Shown piece by piece: positions 1 through 17,489 of a stretch of DNA of 64,000 bases. The notes under the pieces were generated by a model. The model worked only from the letters and a program-made list of their open reading frames with translations. It did not search any database and was not told the DNA's origin. Position 1 is the first letter of the stretch. Every line of letters starts with the position of its first letter. Position numbers and translations under genes: made by a program. The DNA comes from Eledone cirrhosa (taxonomy: Eukaryota): contig OZ024741.1 in NCBI GenBank assembly GCA_964016885.1, forward strand, positions 373,426,001 through 373,490,000, in the 5' to 3' direction.

Positions 1-299
1 CCTTTTCATTATTAAGCAGATATTTGAACTATAACTTAACTAGCGTTCTTACATAAAACTGTGATGAAAGATTTTAAATAAATACAAACATGTTAAAATA
101 AACAGTTACTTTTAGGTGGTTTGGTATCAAAAAGGTTAATGGAGGAATGGTTATGTAAAAGATGGCAATAAGAACAAGCTCTTTTTCTTTACAACCATGC
201 CACCAAGTATGTGATCTATCAAAATATACTTTAAAACTACATAAGGAAAAAAAAACACGCACACACAAACACACATACACATGCACACTTGCATATATA

Positions 300-465
300 T
301 TGTTTTATTCTTTTATTTCAGTCATTGGACTCCAATATTACTGAGGCACCGCTTTGAAGTGGTTTAGTCAGTCATATTGACCCCAGTACTCATTTCTTTC
401 AAGTCTGGTACTAATTTATTGATCTCTTTTTATTGAACTGCCAAGTTGTGGGACATAAACAAACA
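300..465 (-). mobile_element. Degenerate SINE remnant whose 3' tail resembles the CR1-group LINE 3' end
   Basis: ttttatttcagtcattggact...gaggcaccgc resembles the LINE end ttttacctgtttcagccatccggctgaggccatgctggggcaccgcc at 60352-60398; followed by the gaccccagtac...ggtact..ttattgat SINE body seen elsewhere. Confidence 0.5.
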
Positions 466-604
466 TATAAACAAATGATCAATCGAATTAATCAATCAAT
501 AAGTTCCCAGACCTCATTCACTTACTGAATTGGGTGGAACTTGTCAAATCAAACCAAGGAAATGATGTTTCCATTGGTCTTTCCATTGCTGATACTATCT
601 ATAT

Positions 605-701
605 GTTGCAATTCCTGGCAGAAAAAGCAATGTGAAATAAAGTTTCTTGCTCAAAACACACAATACATTGCCCGGTCTGGGAAATGAATTCTCAACCTCA
701 T
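605..701 (-). mobile_element. CORE-type SINE body, split by an RTE insertion (head continues at about 2331-2376)
   Basis: gcaatgtgaaataaagtttcttgctcaa...cccggtctgggaa is the reverse complement of the SINE at 28956; the sequence resumes after the RTE at acctcatgattgcaa. Confidence 0.6.
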
Positions 702-2330
702 CATTGTTTAACGTCTATCTTCCACGATAGCATGGGTTTAGATGGGAATTGTCCCACGTGAGGCAAGATTGGTTCTCTTGCTCGTATAGGACTGTCTGGC
801 GGGTTTTCTATGGCCGGATGCCCTTCCTAACACCACCCATGTTTACAGTGTGGACTGGGAGGTTTTTACTGTGTTACCTACACAGCCACATTACAGCGTG
901 GACTGTGTGTTTTTTAATTGTGACACCTACACAACCTTATTTATTTAGGACTGGATGTTGTGGGACCAACATAACTTTACAGAGAAAGGGGTGGTGTAGA
1001 TGAGGGTGAGGGTAGGGGTAGTGGGACGGGGGTCTATTTTTGGTTTGGAGGTGCCTACTGTCTGTGGGTTTCACTTTGTACTTAGGCAAGGTGGGTCTTC
1101 TGTATTACTACGTAGTGCCAAAGATCTCGGTCCAGTGACATTGTCTTGGAGAGGTGTAAGTGTGTAATGTCAGAATTTATCAAATCGTCCCAGGTTTTTC
1201 TGGGTCTGCCTACTCCGTAGCTTCCATCTATTTTGATCGCCTTGCACTTTTTTATACAGCTGTCATCTTTCATTCGCATCACGTGACCATACCAACGTAG
1301 TCTTCTCTCAAGTAAACAGCATCTGATCCCTCTTATTCCTAATTTCTCACTTAGTTCGTTTATGCTTTGCCGTTCATGTATATTACTATTACACATCCAC
1401 CGAAGCATGCAAGCTTCGTTCCTCTCCAGTCTGCGCAGATCCTCTGCACACAATGCCCAGGTCTCACTGCCATGTAACATTGCTGTTCGTATGCAGGCAT
1501 CATACAGTCTGCCTTCCATTTTTAGGGAGAAACCTTTAGCAGCCAATAGTGGTATAAGCTCTCTGAACTCCCGTTCTGACTCTGACTACTGTACTTTCAG
1601 AGCACCCAACTGCTGATTTTGTCACTGAGGTAACGGAAGGTATCCACTATTTCTATAGAACCATCTGGGCAATGGAAGGAGCTAGTATCCTGTGGGCACT
1701 TGCTACTACATATTGCACCTGAGCACCAGCCACATATAAAATCTATGTTCTTAGTTAGCTTACCTGTGATCCCACTACATCTTTTATGCACTCATACTTT
1801 GCATTTGGGACATAAAATGGAATTTCTGCCTACTCCTTTCCTACACACTGAGCATGGCCATTTCCCAGAGGGGACCAGTGCCCTATTTTCCTTCCTACAT
1901 ACTAGAACTTTAGTCTTAGACAAGTTAATTTTAAGGCCTTTTGATTCTCGGCCATGCTTCGAAGTTTGGAATTTCTTCTTTAGTTCAGCCATTGATTCAG
2001 TTATGAGCTTTAGATCATCTGCATATAGAAGTTCCCATGGGCAGCCGGTCTTGAACTCCTCTGTTATAGCCTGAAGGGCAATAATAAATAAGAGGGGGCT
2101 AAGGACAGAGACCTGATGAACAGCGACTTTTACGTTAAATTCTTCACTAGATTCGTTGTTAATTCTAACCTTGCTGACTGTTTCTTTATACATGGCTTGT
2201 ATAGCTCTCACGAGCCATTCATCAACACCTAGTTTTCTAAGAGCCCACCAGTTAATGGAGCGGGGGACTCTATCAAAGGCTTTCTCCAAGCCAACAAAAG
2301 CTAAGTATAGGGGTTTACTTTTAGCTAGGT
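702..2330 (-). mobile_element. RTE-clade LINE family A, 5'-truncated (RT C-half, PHD finger, thumb, about 380-bp 3'UTR)
   Basis: ORF pieces 1792-2337, 1597-1791 and 1082-1546 with [34 protein letters not shown]; flanked by candidate TSD ACCTCAT (695-701/2331-2337). Confidence 0.93.
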
Positions 2331-2453
2331 ACCTCATGATTGCAAATAGAATTCTCTAACCCATAGGCTATGCATGTACACACACACAAAGAGTGAATGT
2401 AAACACACACACATATATACATACATATATCATCATCATTACTATGTCCACTT

Positions 2454-2642
2454 GGCGGTGGATTGGCAGTATCGGTAGAGCGTTAGACACCATGCTTTGT
2501 AGCATAGAGTTATGAAACCTTTACGTTCTGAGTTCAAATCCCTCCGAGGTTAACTTTACCTTTCATCCTTACTGGGTCGATAAAATAAAGTACCAGTAAT
2601 GCACTGAGTAATTGCTGGCCTTGTGCCAAAAGTAGAAACAAT
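2454..2642 (+). mobile_element. tRNA-derived SINE (A box TGGCAGTATCGG, B box GAGTTCAAATCC, tcatcctt..gggtcgataaaataaagtaccag core)
   Basis: Near-identical to copies at 7173 and 39554; 11-bp TSD tatgtc(c/t)actt at 2443-2453/2643-2653. Confidence 0.88.
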
Positions 2643-2784
2643 TATGTCTACTTTTCCATGGTGACATGAGTTGGATAGGATATTTTAAGATAATATTTTA
2701 CAGCTGGCTGCCAACCAGCCCTTTCAATCATCTCTTATGACACACAGGGATATGGTGTATCAATTTGAAAAACCTGGTATACAC

Positions 2785-2925
2785 ACAGCTATCACACAGT
2801 TTCTGTCTATCAAATTTCGTTCACTAGACATTGGTCAACCTAGGTCTGTAGGAGACACTTGCCCACGCAGTGGGACTGAACTCAAAACTACATGGTTGCA
2901 AAACAAGTTCCTTATCCACATACCC
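2785..2925 (-). mobile_element. Second tRNA-derived CORE-type SINE family (octopus OR/OK-like)
   Basis: Reverse strand reads gagttcagtcccactgcgtgggcaagtgtctcctacagacc...tttgatagacagaaactg; related copies at about 26183-26335(+), 36760-36860(-), 38610-38755(+) and 40520-40675(-). Confidence 0.65.
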
Positions 2926-5111
2926 ATGTGCAGCACTTGCTGTCATGTATTCCATCATTACAGTGCAAAATGTTCTAATGAAATGACAATACATGGTGGC
3001 AGAAGTGGGAATGATTGCCTTAGGAATATATAGAAACAATAAGGATGATTAGAGAATATTCATACCTACCAATACAAAAGATATTGGTAGGACATACCAA
3101 TAAAAATATTCACCAAATTCCAAAATGATAGTAAAAAAAAGTGTGCACTAACCAATTGAAATATACATAAAAGTAAAAAAAAAGAAGAAAAAATTGTATT
3201 GTTGTGAAAGTCAGCCAACCAAGAAATGTGAACATCTAACCAACAGACATGGTGAAAAATATAACTTTTATGGATAAAGCTGTCTCAAAAACTACAACTA
3301 CTTCCTCTTGATAATAGACCAGAGATAGATGATGGAAAGAGTGGAGAGGTATGCATGCTGATGGTGTTCCCCTACTTTTCAGAACCTCATTCTCGTGGAC
3401 TTTAACCGTTTCATTACTGTATTTCTAAAGAAATTTTAATTAATTAATGAAGAACCTGGGAAGAATTTACTAAAATTAGAATTTCATTAAGATGGTACTT
3501 GTAACATAAAATTTTGAATAATTAATGAAGAATCTGGGAAGGATATACTAAAATTAGAATTTCATTCAAATAGTTTTTGTAACATAAAATGTTCTTACAA
3601 TCCTCTTTCCATAAAGACTTGTTACAGAGTGTGATTTTTAAAAAATGTTTGGTGTTGCTGCTACCACACACACACACTCTCCCCATACACATACCAAAAT
3701 ATACCACAGCTTTAGTATCATAGATGCAATAAAGTCATACTGCTATTTTGTACTTTGCCCAAATGTCTTGCTAGCATAGTTTCATGTGGTGGAGAACATT
3801 AAGAACTAATGCATACCTAGTTCCTATAACCCATTTCCATCACTAATAGATTCACGTTTGTAATATGGATTGCATTAACCTTTTCGATACCAGCCTGGTA
3901 CAAATCGGCTTTGGTTCAATGCAACAAAACCATCCATTTTAAAGGGTTCCTATTTAAATTAAACTCATAATTTTATATAAGAATCATATGTTAAGTTACT
4001 ATCTTAGTAATGAAATAATTAATGATTTTAGTTAATCCTTCAAAATTCTTCATTAATTAACTCTTAACACCCTGTAATGATTTAGCTGAATATATCTAAA
4101 AACATGTCTACTTGTGAAAACAGCATTAAGATAAAAGATTTTATTTTTAATGTGATACAGTCATAGTTCTGTTTTATAGTTTTTAAGAATGTCTTGTTGA
4201 TGTGTTTTCATGTGGGACAGGATATTAAGAGTTACCATATATACTCAAATATGAGCCAATCCAAATATTAATCTACCCCTCATTTTATGTCTGAAAAATT
4301 GGCAAATATCCAAACTCTGTTTATAAGCCAAGGCAGCTAATCAACACATTATGTTTAGATGGCGAGGTTTTGAAATTCTCATGAGCATAAGATATATTTA
4401 TGAAGTTTTAATATTTTGATGTTTAAAATGTTTTAAGTGTCATTTAAAGTATAGTTTCTGTTTCACAACTCCATTATGTGATGCTTTTTACCATTGTATC
4501 TGCTTTATAGTTTTAGCATGTTTTTCAAATTTTTGTTTACTTCCAGCCACTCATATGTTAGGAGTAGTTGAAAGTAAGAGATCGAATAAAAGAACTTTGT
4601 ACAGGCAGGGGGGTCATAGAGAAAAAGAGGGGGTGAGGTACAGCAGGTGAGAGTGAGGAAAAGAGTCAGAGAGTGAGAGAAGGGAGAGAGAGTGAAAGCA
4701 ATAAAACACAAGTTCAGAAATAAGATTTCAATCTTACAATAAATATTATGAAGTCAGACAAAAACAGACAATGCAGGTGTGAGTGTGTGTATGTGTGTGT
4801 ACACATATGCATGAATCTATGTATGTATGCATGCATATATGTATGTTTGTGCATGTGGGTGTATGGGATTTTTATGTGTTAAAGAATTCAAATTATAAAA
4901 ATTTGTTGGAAATATTTTCAAGGGAATGCATAACACTAATGATGATGTAGTAAAAACAAAAAAAAAACTGTTTCATTGTAAAATAATAACCACTACATGT
5001 ATTTTAGCACTTTGTTTAGATAGAATTTGAAGTTGGTGAAAAACAACAAGATATTGACTTGAATATAAGCCGACCCAATTTTACCTTTTTTTTGTTTGTT
5101 TTTGTTATATA

Positions 5112-6054
5112 TCTCTCTATATATAACATTCTTTGTCCGTCTGTCTGTTCCTATGCATTCTCAAATGGCTGAACCAAATCAAATCAAATTTTACAAGGTA
5201 ATAGTATTAGACCCCCGGGAGTGTCAACATGTAATTTTTATTTTCATTTGGATTAAAAAAATATAATATCTTATCTAAAATAACATTTCTATAATGAACT
5301 ATAGTATATCACCACCACCACGAGTCAATTGTGTATATGAGTGTGTATGTGTGTGTGTGTGTGTGTGTTTGCAAGTTCATTACTATGTAAGTTGCATAGA
5401 CATTATCTTCACACACAGACAATTAAACACACACACACATCTACACATACAGATACATATGTGATGACAGACAAGTGTGCACCAATGTATGTGTGTGTGT
5501 CTTAGTATATGTATATGATGTGACTGTGTGTGTGAGTGTATGTATGTGTGAGTGTATGTGTCTGAGTGTTTGTGAGAGTATGTGTCTGTTGTGAGTGTAT
5601 GTGTGATGATTTTTATTTTCATTTGCATTAAAATAATAGAAAACAACACCTTTGTCATATTTTGTATATGAATATATGTGTGTGTCTGTAAGTGTGTGTG
5701 CGCGTTCATTAGGTACGTGATAAATACACACACACATCTACACATAGTAGCAACTGACCAAAAATGAAGTGAAAAGCTATGCGTATGACTGCGTGAATGT
5801 ATGTCTGTGTGTGTCTGTCTGTCTTTGTATATGAATTTATTACACAAAAAATTACACAATGAATATTGATTACCCTGAGGTGCTTCAAGATTGACAGATT
5901 TTCATTTCTAAATTCTATTATCATTACAATTTTGATATTTTAAAAATAAAATATAGATATTTTGAAATAATTATGAGAGAAAAAAAAACATTTATTGTTT
6001 ACTAATCTGAATAAGAACAGCAGTAACCCGAGCAACGCCGGGTAATTCAGCTAG
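5112..6054 (+). mobile_element. Non-autonomous Helitron
   Basis: Starts A|TCtctctatatata...gtccgtctgtctg; ends with hairpin acccg-agcaacgc-cgggt (6026-6043) then CTAG|T; no TSD, inserted between A and T. Confidence 0.8.
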
Positions 6055-6188
6055 TCTCTTATATACAAGTATATATAGAAACTGAAATAGAGTATATTTC
6101 ATTAGGAACACACTCATAAAAGAAATAATGAATGCTTATGCATGGTCTGAAAACATCAAAGTATTCAGTCAAATTTAAAAAAACATTA

Positions 6189-6628
6189 TTAACTCTTTAG
6201 CATTTACATTACTCTATATATACACTATTATATTTGTGTGGTAAAGGCTTTATCTTAAGTAATTATCTCACATAATATCGAATGTACGAGATTTTGATAT
6301 CATTTATTTTGAGAACAATACCTTAACATCAGTATGAGCAGCTAGTTATAGCTGGTTTGAACAGAAAGAAGTGAGAGAATTCTGGCTGGATACAGCTGAT
6401 CTAACCCATTAGTATTTGCATAACTCTATATTTGCTACTGCATTTTTGTGGTAAAGGCTTTATCTTGCATAGATTATCTCACATAATATCGAATCTATGA
6501 GATTTTGATATTATTTGTTGAGAACAATACCTTAACATCAGTATGAGTGGCTAGTTACGGCTGGTTTGAACAGAAAGAGGTGAGAGAATTCTGGGCGGAT
6601 ACAGCCAGTTTAAATGCTAAAGAGCTAA
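6189..6628. mobile_element. TTAA-flanked (piggyBac-like) MITE with internal about 212-bp tandem duplication
   Basis: Inverted termini ttaactctttagcattta / taaatgctaaagagctaa; 6233-6396 is repeated at 6445-6605. Confidence 0.65.
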
Positions 6629-6814
6629 GCCATTAGCAAGAGTTCTATAAACCATGTGGGTAAACAGGACAGTAAAAAGACTTTGGTAAAGTTGAATGTT
6701 GTCTATTTAAATATCAATGATGGAATTTTGTTAGGTGGAAACAAGCTTTTGTACTTATAGGAACAAAAAATAATATACACACACACACACATATATAGCC
6801 TATGCGATGCAACC

Positions 6815-7376
6815 TACTCGGATAATCGTCCACCGCACCGCTTATTAATTTTTCAAAATTTTTCCAGCCCCCTGCTCTTATTCCAACCACCTCACTTATT
6901 AGATTTTCCTAATCTGTCTCTGGTGAAATTTTATTTTAAGTGGTAGCACTCCTGCAATAATTAATTTTCTCTAGACATTAAAAAACATTATACAAGACAA
7001 AAAAAAAGGACATAACAAGAAATCCCTTATGTTATGAAATAAATAGGATGGGTTGGAGTCTAAATGATACTAAACAATTATTCTGCTTTTTAGAAAAAAA
7101 AATCAAGGGAGTCACCCTAGAAAAATTATCGATTTTCTATCTTCCTTGCTTCTTCCCCACCCCTATTATTTAGGCGGTGGATTGGCAGTATCGGTAGAGA
7201 GTCGGACGCCATGCTTTCCAGCATAGTTACGTCCCTTTACGATCTGAGTTCAAATCCCGCCGAGGTTGACTTTGCCTTTCATCCTTACGGAGTCGATAAA
7301 ATAAAGTACCAGTAATGCACTGGGTAATTGTGGCCTTGTGCCTAAAGTAGAAACAATTATTTGGGACCTGAGAGTA
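6815..7376. mobile_element. TA-flanked Tc1/mariner-type MITE containing a SINE
   Basis: Termini tactc... / ...gggacctgagagta; flanks join to give cctatgcgatgcaaccTAgtagctga..., matching an uninterrupted copy at 8575-8640. Confidence 0.6.
7173..7360 (+). mobile_element. tRNA-derived SINE, same family as 2454
   Basis: Full head, core and tail gccttgtgcctaaagtagaaacaattat; ttattt on both sides. Confidence 0.88.
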
Positions 7377-7512
7377 GTAGCTGATCAGCTAAACCTACAT
7401 AGGTTTGAACTGTAAATTTCATATATATGTATATATATATATATATGTGTGTGTGTGTATTGAACAATGAAAATAATACAAAAGTCGAAATTAGGTTCTT
7501 AAATTAGTTCAA

Positions 7513-7625
7513 TGTTTTACGATCATTTCAGAGAGTTGATTGATCATGGTAGATCAATATATTGACTAATAGGTAATGGTTATGTCACTACCTATTGATC
7601 CAGCACACTGCTATCCTCAGAAACA
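7513..7625 (-). ncRNA. Type I hammerhead ribozyme with large branched stem II
   Basis: Minus strand: tgttt-CTGAGGA-[about 85 nt incl. 11-bp hairpin aataggtagtg/cattacctatt]-GAAA-tgatc-GTA-aaaca; stem I tgttt/aaaca, near-palindromic stem III ATGATCGT. Confidence 0.6.
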
Positions 7626-7649
7626 ATGACATATTAACAGGTAGTTACC

Positions 7650-7683
7650 AGTATATATATATATGTGTATGTATGTATATATG

Positions 7684-7742
<59 letters not shown>

Positions 7743-7753
7743 ATGTATGTATG

Positions 7754-7800
<47 letters not shown>

Positions 7801-7814
7801 ATGTATGTATTATG

Positions 7815-7846
<32 letters not shown>

Positions 7847-7888
7847 CGTGTGTATGTATGTATGTATGTATGTATGTATGTATATATA

Positions 7889-7925
<37 letters not shown>

Positions 7926-7970
7926 ATGTATGTATGTATATATATGTGTGTGCGTGTGTGTGTGTGTGTG
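7650..7970. repeat. Compound (TG)n/(TATG)n microsatellite
   Basis: Direct inspection; about 60-bp higher-order periodicity. Confidence 0.95.
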
Positions 7971-8504
7971 AGGTCGCTCTTGAGTGCTACTGGTAGCATG
8001 TAACCCAGTACAACCTGCCTCATGGTTGGGTCGTCGGCGACTAAACCGGCAACCCCACCAAGCTTGCTTGATGCGGAGGTGATATTTGGACACCCTGCGG
8101 GATGAAATACAAGACTCGGCAAAGGGCGGAGGAACTCGGCAGAGTCAACGGCCATCCAAATAGTATTTTTTTTTTTTTACCTTTGATGAAAGGTCCTCAA
8201 TTGTGACAACAATTGGGGACCTTTCATCACTAAGAGAAGGAAACTCTGAAAAAAACAAAAACCTCCTGCTTCGGAAGCATCCGATGATGTTGACCAGTTC
8301 TCCTTTTCGGTTAGTGTTTTCGATGCTCAGAGAGTGGGATTGGTCGAATGTAAGGCCTTTCCTCACTTAAAAAACCTTCAAAGCACAGCCATTGTTTGTT
8401 TAGGATCTGTTACAGGTTTGTGTGGCTGGGCGTAGCCTAAATGTGCACCAAACTCTATCATCTGACAAGCGATTGCAGTACTCTTAGCAGAGTTTGCAGC
8501 CACC

Positions 8505-8505
<1 letters not shown>
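7971..8505. other. Unclassified GC-richer repeat fragment between TG microsatellites, possibly an RTE 5' region; contains a 21-bp hairpin
   Basis: No credible ORF; hairpin at 8184-8229. Confidence 0.3.
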
Positions 8506-8552
<47 letters not shown>

Positions 8553-8639
8553 ATATATCTACACGGACATATATCCTATGAGATGCAACCCAGTAACTGA
8601 CTAGCTAAATCTACATAGGCGTGAACTGTAAATTTCATA

Positions 8640-8824
8640 TACATGCATATATATATATATATACATAGATATAGATATATATATAGACATATATATATAT
8701 ATATATATACATAGACATATATATATATATATATATATATACATAGACATATATATATATATATATATACATAGACATATATATATATATATACATAGAC
8801 ATATATATATATATATACATAGAC

Positions 8825-8867
<43 letters not shown>

Positions 8868-8902
8868 TATATACATAGACATATATATATATATACATAG
8901 AC

Positions 8903-8969
<67 letters not shown>

Positions 8970-9001
8970 GACATATATATATATATATATACATATATAT
9001 A

Positions 9002-9049
<48 letters not shown>

Positions 9050-9068
9050 GAGAGATAGAGAGAGAGAG
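8640..9068. repeat. (TA)n/catagacat microsatellite
   Basis: Direct inspection. Confidence 0.95.
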
Positions 9069-9913
9069 GACGAAACCCTGATTCCGTCAGGGAAATGGCC
9101 ATGTTCGATATGCAGAAAAGGAACTGGCATTAATTCTATAAAATGCACACACTGCAGATCCTGGGTACACAAGAGATGTAGCGGGATAGCAGGCAAACTA
9201 ACAGGTAGGGAGAAATATGTATGCAGTAGATGTACAGGGAAATTAGACAGTAGAAGTCGCACTGATAGACACATTTTTCAAATGCAAGAGGGCGCTATAG
9301 AAGTGGTGGATAGCTTCCGGTACCTAGGAGATCAGATTAGCATGGGAGGAGGGTGTTCCGAGGCCATAGTATCTAGAATAAGGACGGGTTGGAAGAAGTT
9401 TATGGAGCTGCTTCCTCTGTTGACGAAGAAGGGTTTCTCCCTGCGTACGAAAGGCCAGTTGTATGAGGAGCGCGATGCTGCATGGTAGTGAGACATGGGC
9501 AGCAACTGCAGAGGATATGCGACGGCTGGAGAGAAATGCGGCAAGCATGCTCCGTTGGATGAGCAGTGTAAATGTGCGTGAACGACCCAGCATAAATGTG
9601 TTGAGAGAGAAACTGTGTCTGAGAGGGATAGAATATAGTGTACGGGAGAGGAGACTGAGGTGGTATGGACATGTGATGCGCATGGAGGATGACCGATGGG
9701 TGAAGAAGTGCCAGGAATTGCCAGTTGAAGGAAGACGTGGTAGAGGTAGACCACGAAAAACATGGGCGGAGGTGGTGAGAACAGACCTCAGATCATTGAA
9801 GCTCACGGTGGAGATGACGAGGGACCGTGACGAGTGGAGAGATGCTGTGCTGAATAAGACCCGTCCCACCCTTGCAAGCAGGGAAAAGAGGACGTAAAAT
9901 GATGATGATGATG
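9069..9913 (+). mobile_element. RTE-clade LINE family C, 5'-truncated
   Basis: [43 protein letters not shown]; ORF stop is followed directly by the (GAT)n tail; near-identical to 22701-24210. Confidence 0.93.
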
Positions 9914-9937
9914 ATATATACATATATATACATATAC

Positions 9938-9968
<31 letters not shown>

Positions 9969-9969
<1 letters not shown>

Positions 9970-11660
9970 GGCGATGTTACTCCCCATTACACCTTATCGG
10001 ACATAACGTTTGGCGCTCCTGATGTCTTAGCGGCAATAAAGGAAATCAAGCATAATTCAGCAGTAGGTCCCGATAGGTTCCCTGCTTGTGTCTTGAAGGC
10101 GTGTCAACACCAACTTGCATCTCCTCTTGCCAATCTGTGGCGGAACTCACTGGATGCTGGATATGTGCCAGAAAACCTTCTAGCCCAGTCTGTTGTCCCA
10201 GTTTTCAAAAAAGGAAACAAATCCCTTGCCGTGAATTACCGTCCAATCTCACTCACCTCTCATATCATTAAGGTATTTGAGAGAGTGGTGAGATCGCGAA
10301 TGACCTACTTCCTTGAGAGTAACAATATGCTGAACTCCAACCAGCATAGATTCCGTAATGGAAGGGATTGCCTGACGCAGCTACTGCATCACTTTGATGT
10401 CATTTTGAGAGCCTTGGGAGAGGGTTCCAACACTGATGTTATCTACCTTGATTTCAGCAAGGCCTTTGACAGGGTTGATCACAACCTTCTACTGAGAAAG
10501 CTGTCCAATATTGGTGTCACTGGAAAGCTGCTGCAGTGGATCAAGAGCTTCCTGTCAAACAGAACCCAACTTGTTGTAGTCGAAGGAGTCAAATCCAGCC
10601 CAGCCAAAGTCAGTAGTGGGGTCCCACAAGGCACTGTGTTGGGCCCACTTCTCTTCATCACTGACATCATCAAACACAGCAACATTAGAATTTTCGCTGA
10701 TGATTCCAAGCTCCAGAAGGTCATCAATGGCGTGAATGACCGGATAAGCCTTCAGTCAGACCTACTGGCTGTTACCCAATGGGCGGAAAAGAACAACATG
10801 TTACTGAACGAAGACAAATTCGAACTGATCCACTTTGGAAAAGAGGATGCTCTGAAACTCCCGTACTCCCTTCCCTCCAGTGAAACTCTCGTCGCATCTA
10901 ACAACATCAGAGAGTAACCGTGGACAGCAACATAAGCTGGGCCACGCATATCAGCAGCAAAGTTGACATGGCCCGCAGAATGTGTTCCTGGATCCTCAGA
11001 ACCTTCTAGTCGAAAGATTCCCACACCATTATCCTTCTCTTCACCACTTTTGCCCGACCACACCTTGAATACTGTTGTCCACTGTGGTCTCCCCACACGA
11101 AACAAAGTATCATGAAACTTGAAGCTCCCCAAAGGGCAATCACGAAAAAGATAGCTGGCATGTCAGACCTTGACTACTGGGGTCGACTAGAAAAGCTGAA
11201 ACTTTACTCACTCCAACATCGCCGTGAGCGTTATATTATCTGCATGATGTGGAAAATGTTTCATCAGCACTGCCCAAATGATGTTGGCATCACCTTCAAA
11301 ATACACCCAAGGCTTGGGCCCCGTGCTATTCGTCCCAAACAAAAATCTAAATCGCAACTCATAACAACAATACGGCACAATTATTTCACCTCAATTGGCT
11401 CTGCTCTCTTCAACATCACACCAGGACACGTCAAAACAGAAACTGACCACACTAAATTCAAGAAGTCTTTGGACAAATTCCTCCAAGTAATCCCGGACAA
11501 ACCACCCACACCCGGATATGTCTCCGCAAACAGTAATTCTCTTCTTGAATGGGCCATGGTGCCCAAATCCTGAATTGAAAGACTTCGCCAGGTGGTGCTA
11601 TTAAGTTAGACATGGCCTGGGCCAATACTGGCCAAAACATTTCAAAGTAATTCAAAGTTA
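9969..11660 (+). mobile_element. CR1-group LINE, 5'-truncated, with stops and small deletions
   Basis: NYRPISLTS, YLDFSKAFDRV, SGVPQGTVLGPLLF, FADD, RPHLEYC, LYSLQHRRERY; tandem tail ttcaaagtaattcaaagtta. Confidence 0.9.
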
Positions 11661-11663
11661 TAC

Positions 11664-12664
11664 ATATCATCATCATCATCACCGTTTTATGTCCGTTCTT
11701 CCACGCTAGCGTGGGTTAGATGGGTTGTCCTGTTGTCGACAGTGTCTGGTCGGCTGACCATGCCTTGCTAATACAGGAACTGATCTGGCTTGATTTCTAC
11801 AGCTGGATGCCCTTCCTAACACCAACCTCATTTACAGTGAGTGCTGGGTGCTTTTTCGTGGCGCCTACACGTCCACTTTACAGTGTGGGCTGGGTGCTTT
11901 TTTGCCGTGGCACCTCCACGACCACCTTGTGGTGGGGGGTGTGGGGCATATTGTCTATATGCTTCAGCTTGTACCCATGGGCGGTCGGGTACTCTGTATT
12001 ACTGCGTGATGCCAGAAGTCACAGTCGTGTGTCATTGCCTTTGAGAGGTGTAATTGGGTAAGGTCGGCTTTTATCACCTCATCCCAGGTCATCTTGGGTC
12101 TCCCCACTCCGCGGTTTCCATCAACTTTTAGTGCTCTGCATCTTTTTATGCAGCTGTCATCCTTCATACGCATCACATGTCCATACCAGCACAACCGCCT
12201 CTCCTGCACACAGCATTGGATTCCTCTTATGCTCAGTCTCTCTCTCAATTCATTTATGCTTTGTCGTTCACGTATATTACTGTTACACATCCATCGGAGC
12301 ATGCAGGCTTCGTTTCTCTCTAATCTATGTAAGTCTTCCACCTTCAGCGCCCAGGTCTCACTACCATGCAACATTGCTGTTCGGATACACGCATCATACA
12401 GTCTGCCTTTCATTCTGAGGGAGAAGCCTTTTGCAGCTAGCAGTGGTAGTAGTTCCCTAAACTTCTTCCATCCCGATCTTACCTTAGTTATTGTACTTTC
12501 TGAACACCCACCTCCGCTGCTAATTCGGTCACCTAGGTAGCAGAAGCTGTCTACTGTTTCTACAGAGCCCTCCCAGAGATTGGTGGTACTTGTTTCCTGT
12601 GGCTGTTTGCTGCCTCAGCACAGCTGCATGTGAAGCCTACATTCTTAATTAAGCTTCCTGAGAT
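11664..12664 (-). mobile_element. RTE-clade LINE family B, 5'-truncated
   Basis: ORF 11964-12413 HGSETWALKVEDL; 3'UTR and (GAT)n tail; highly similar to 32404-33320 and 63100-64000. Confidence 0.93.
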
Positions 12665-17488
<4,824 letters not shown>

Positions 17489-17489
17489 G

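Noticed and set aside
2454-2545. tRNA gene
   Set aside because: A/B boxes are present but there is no cloverleaf; continues into a SINE body with TSD
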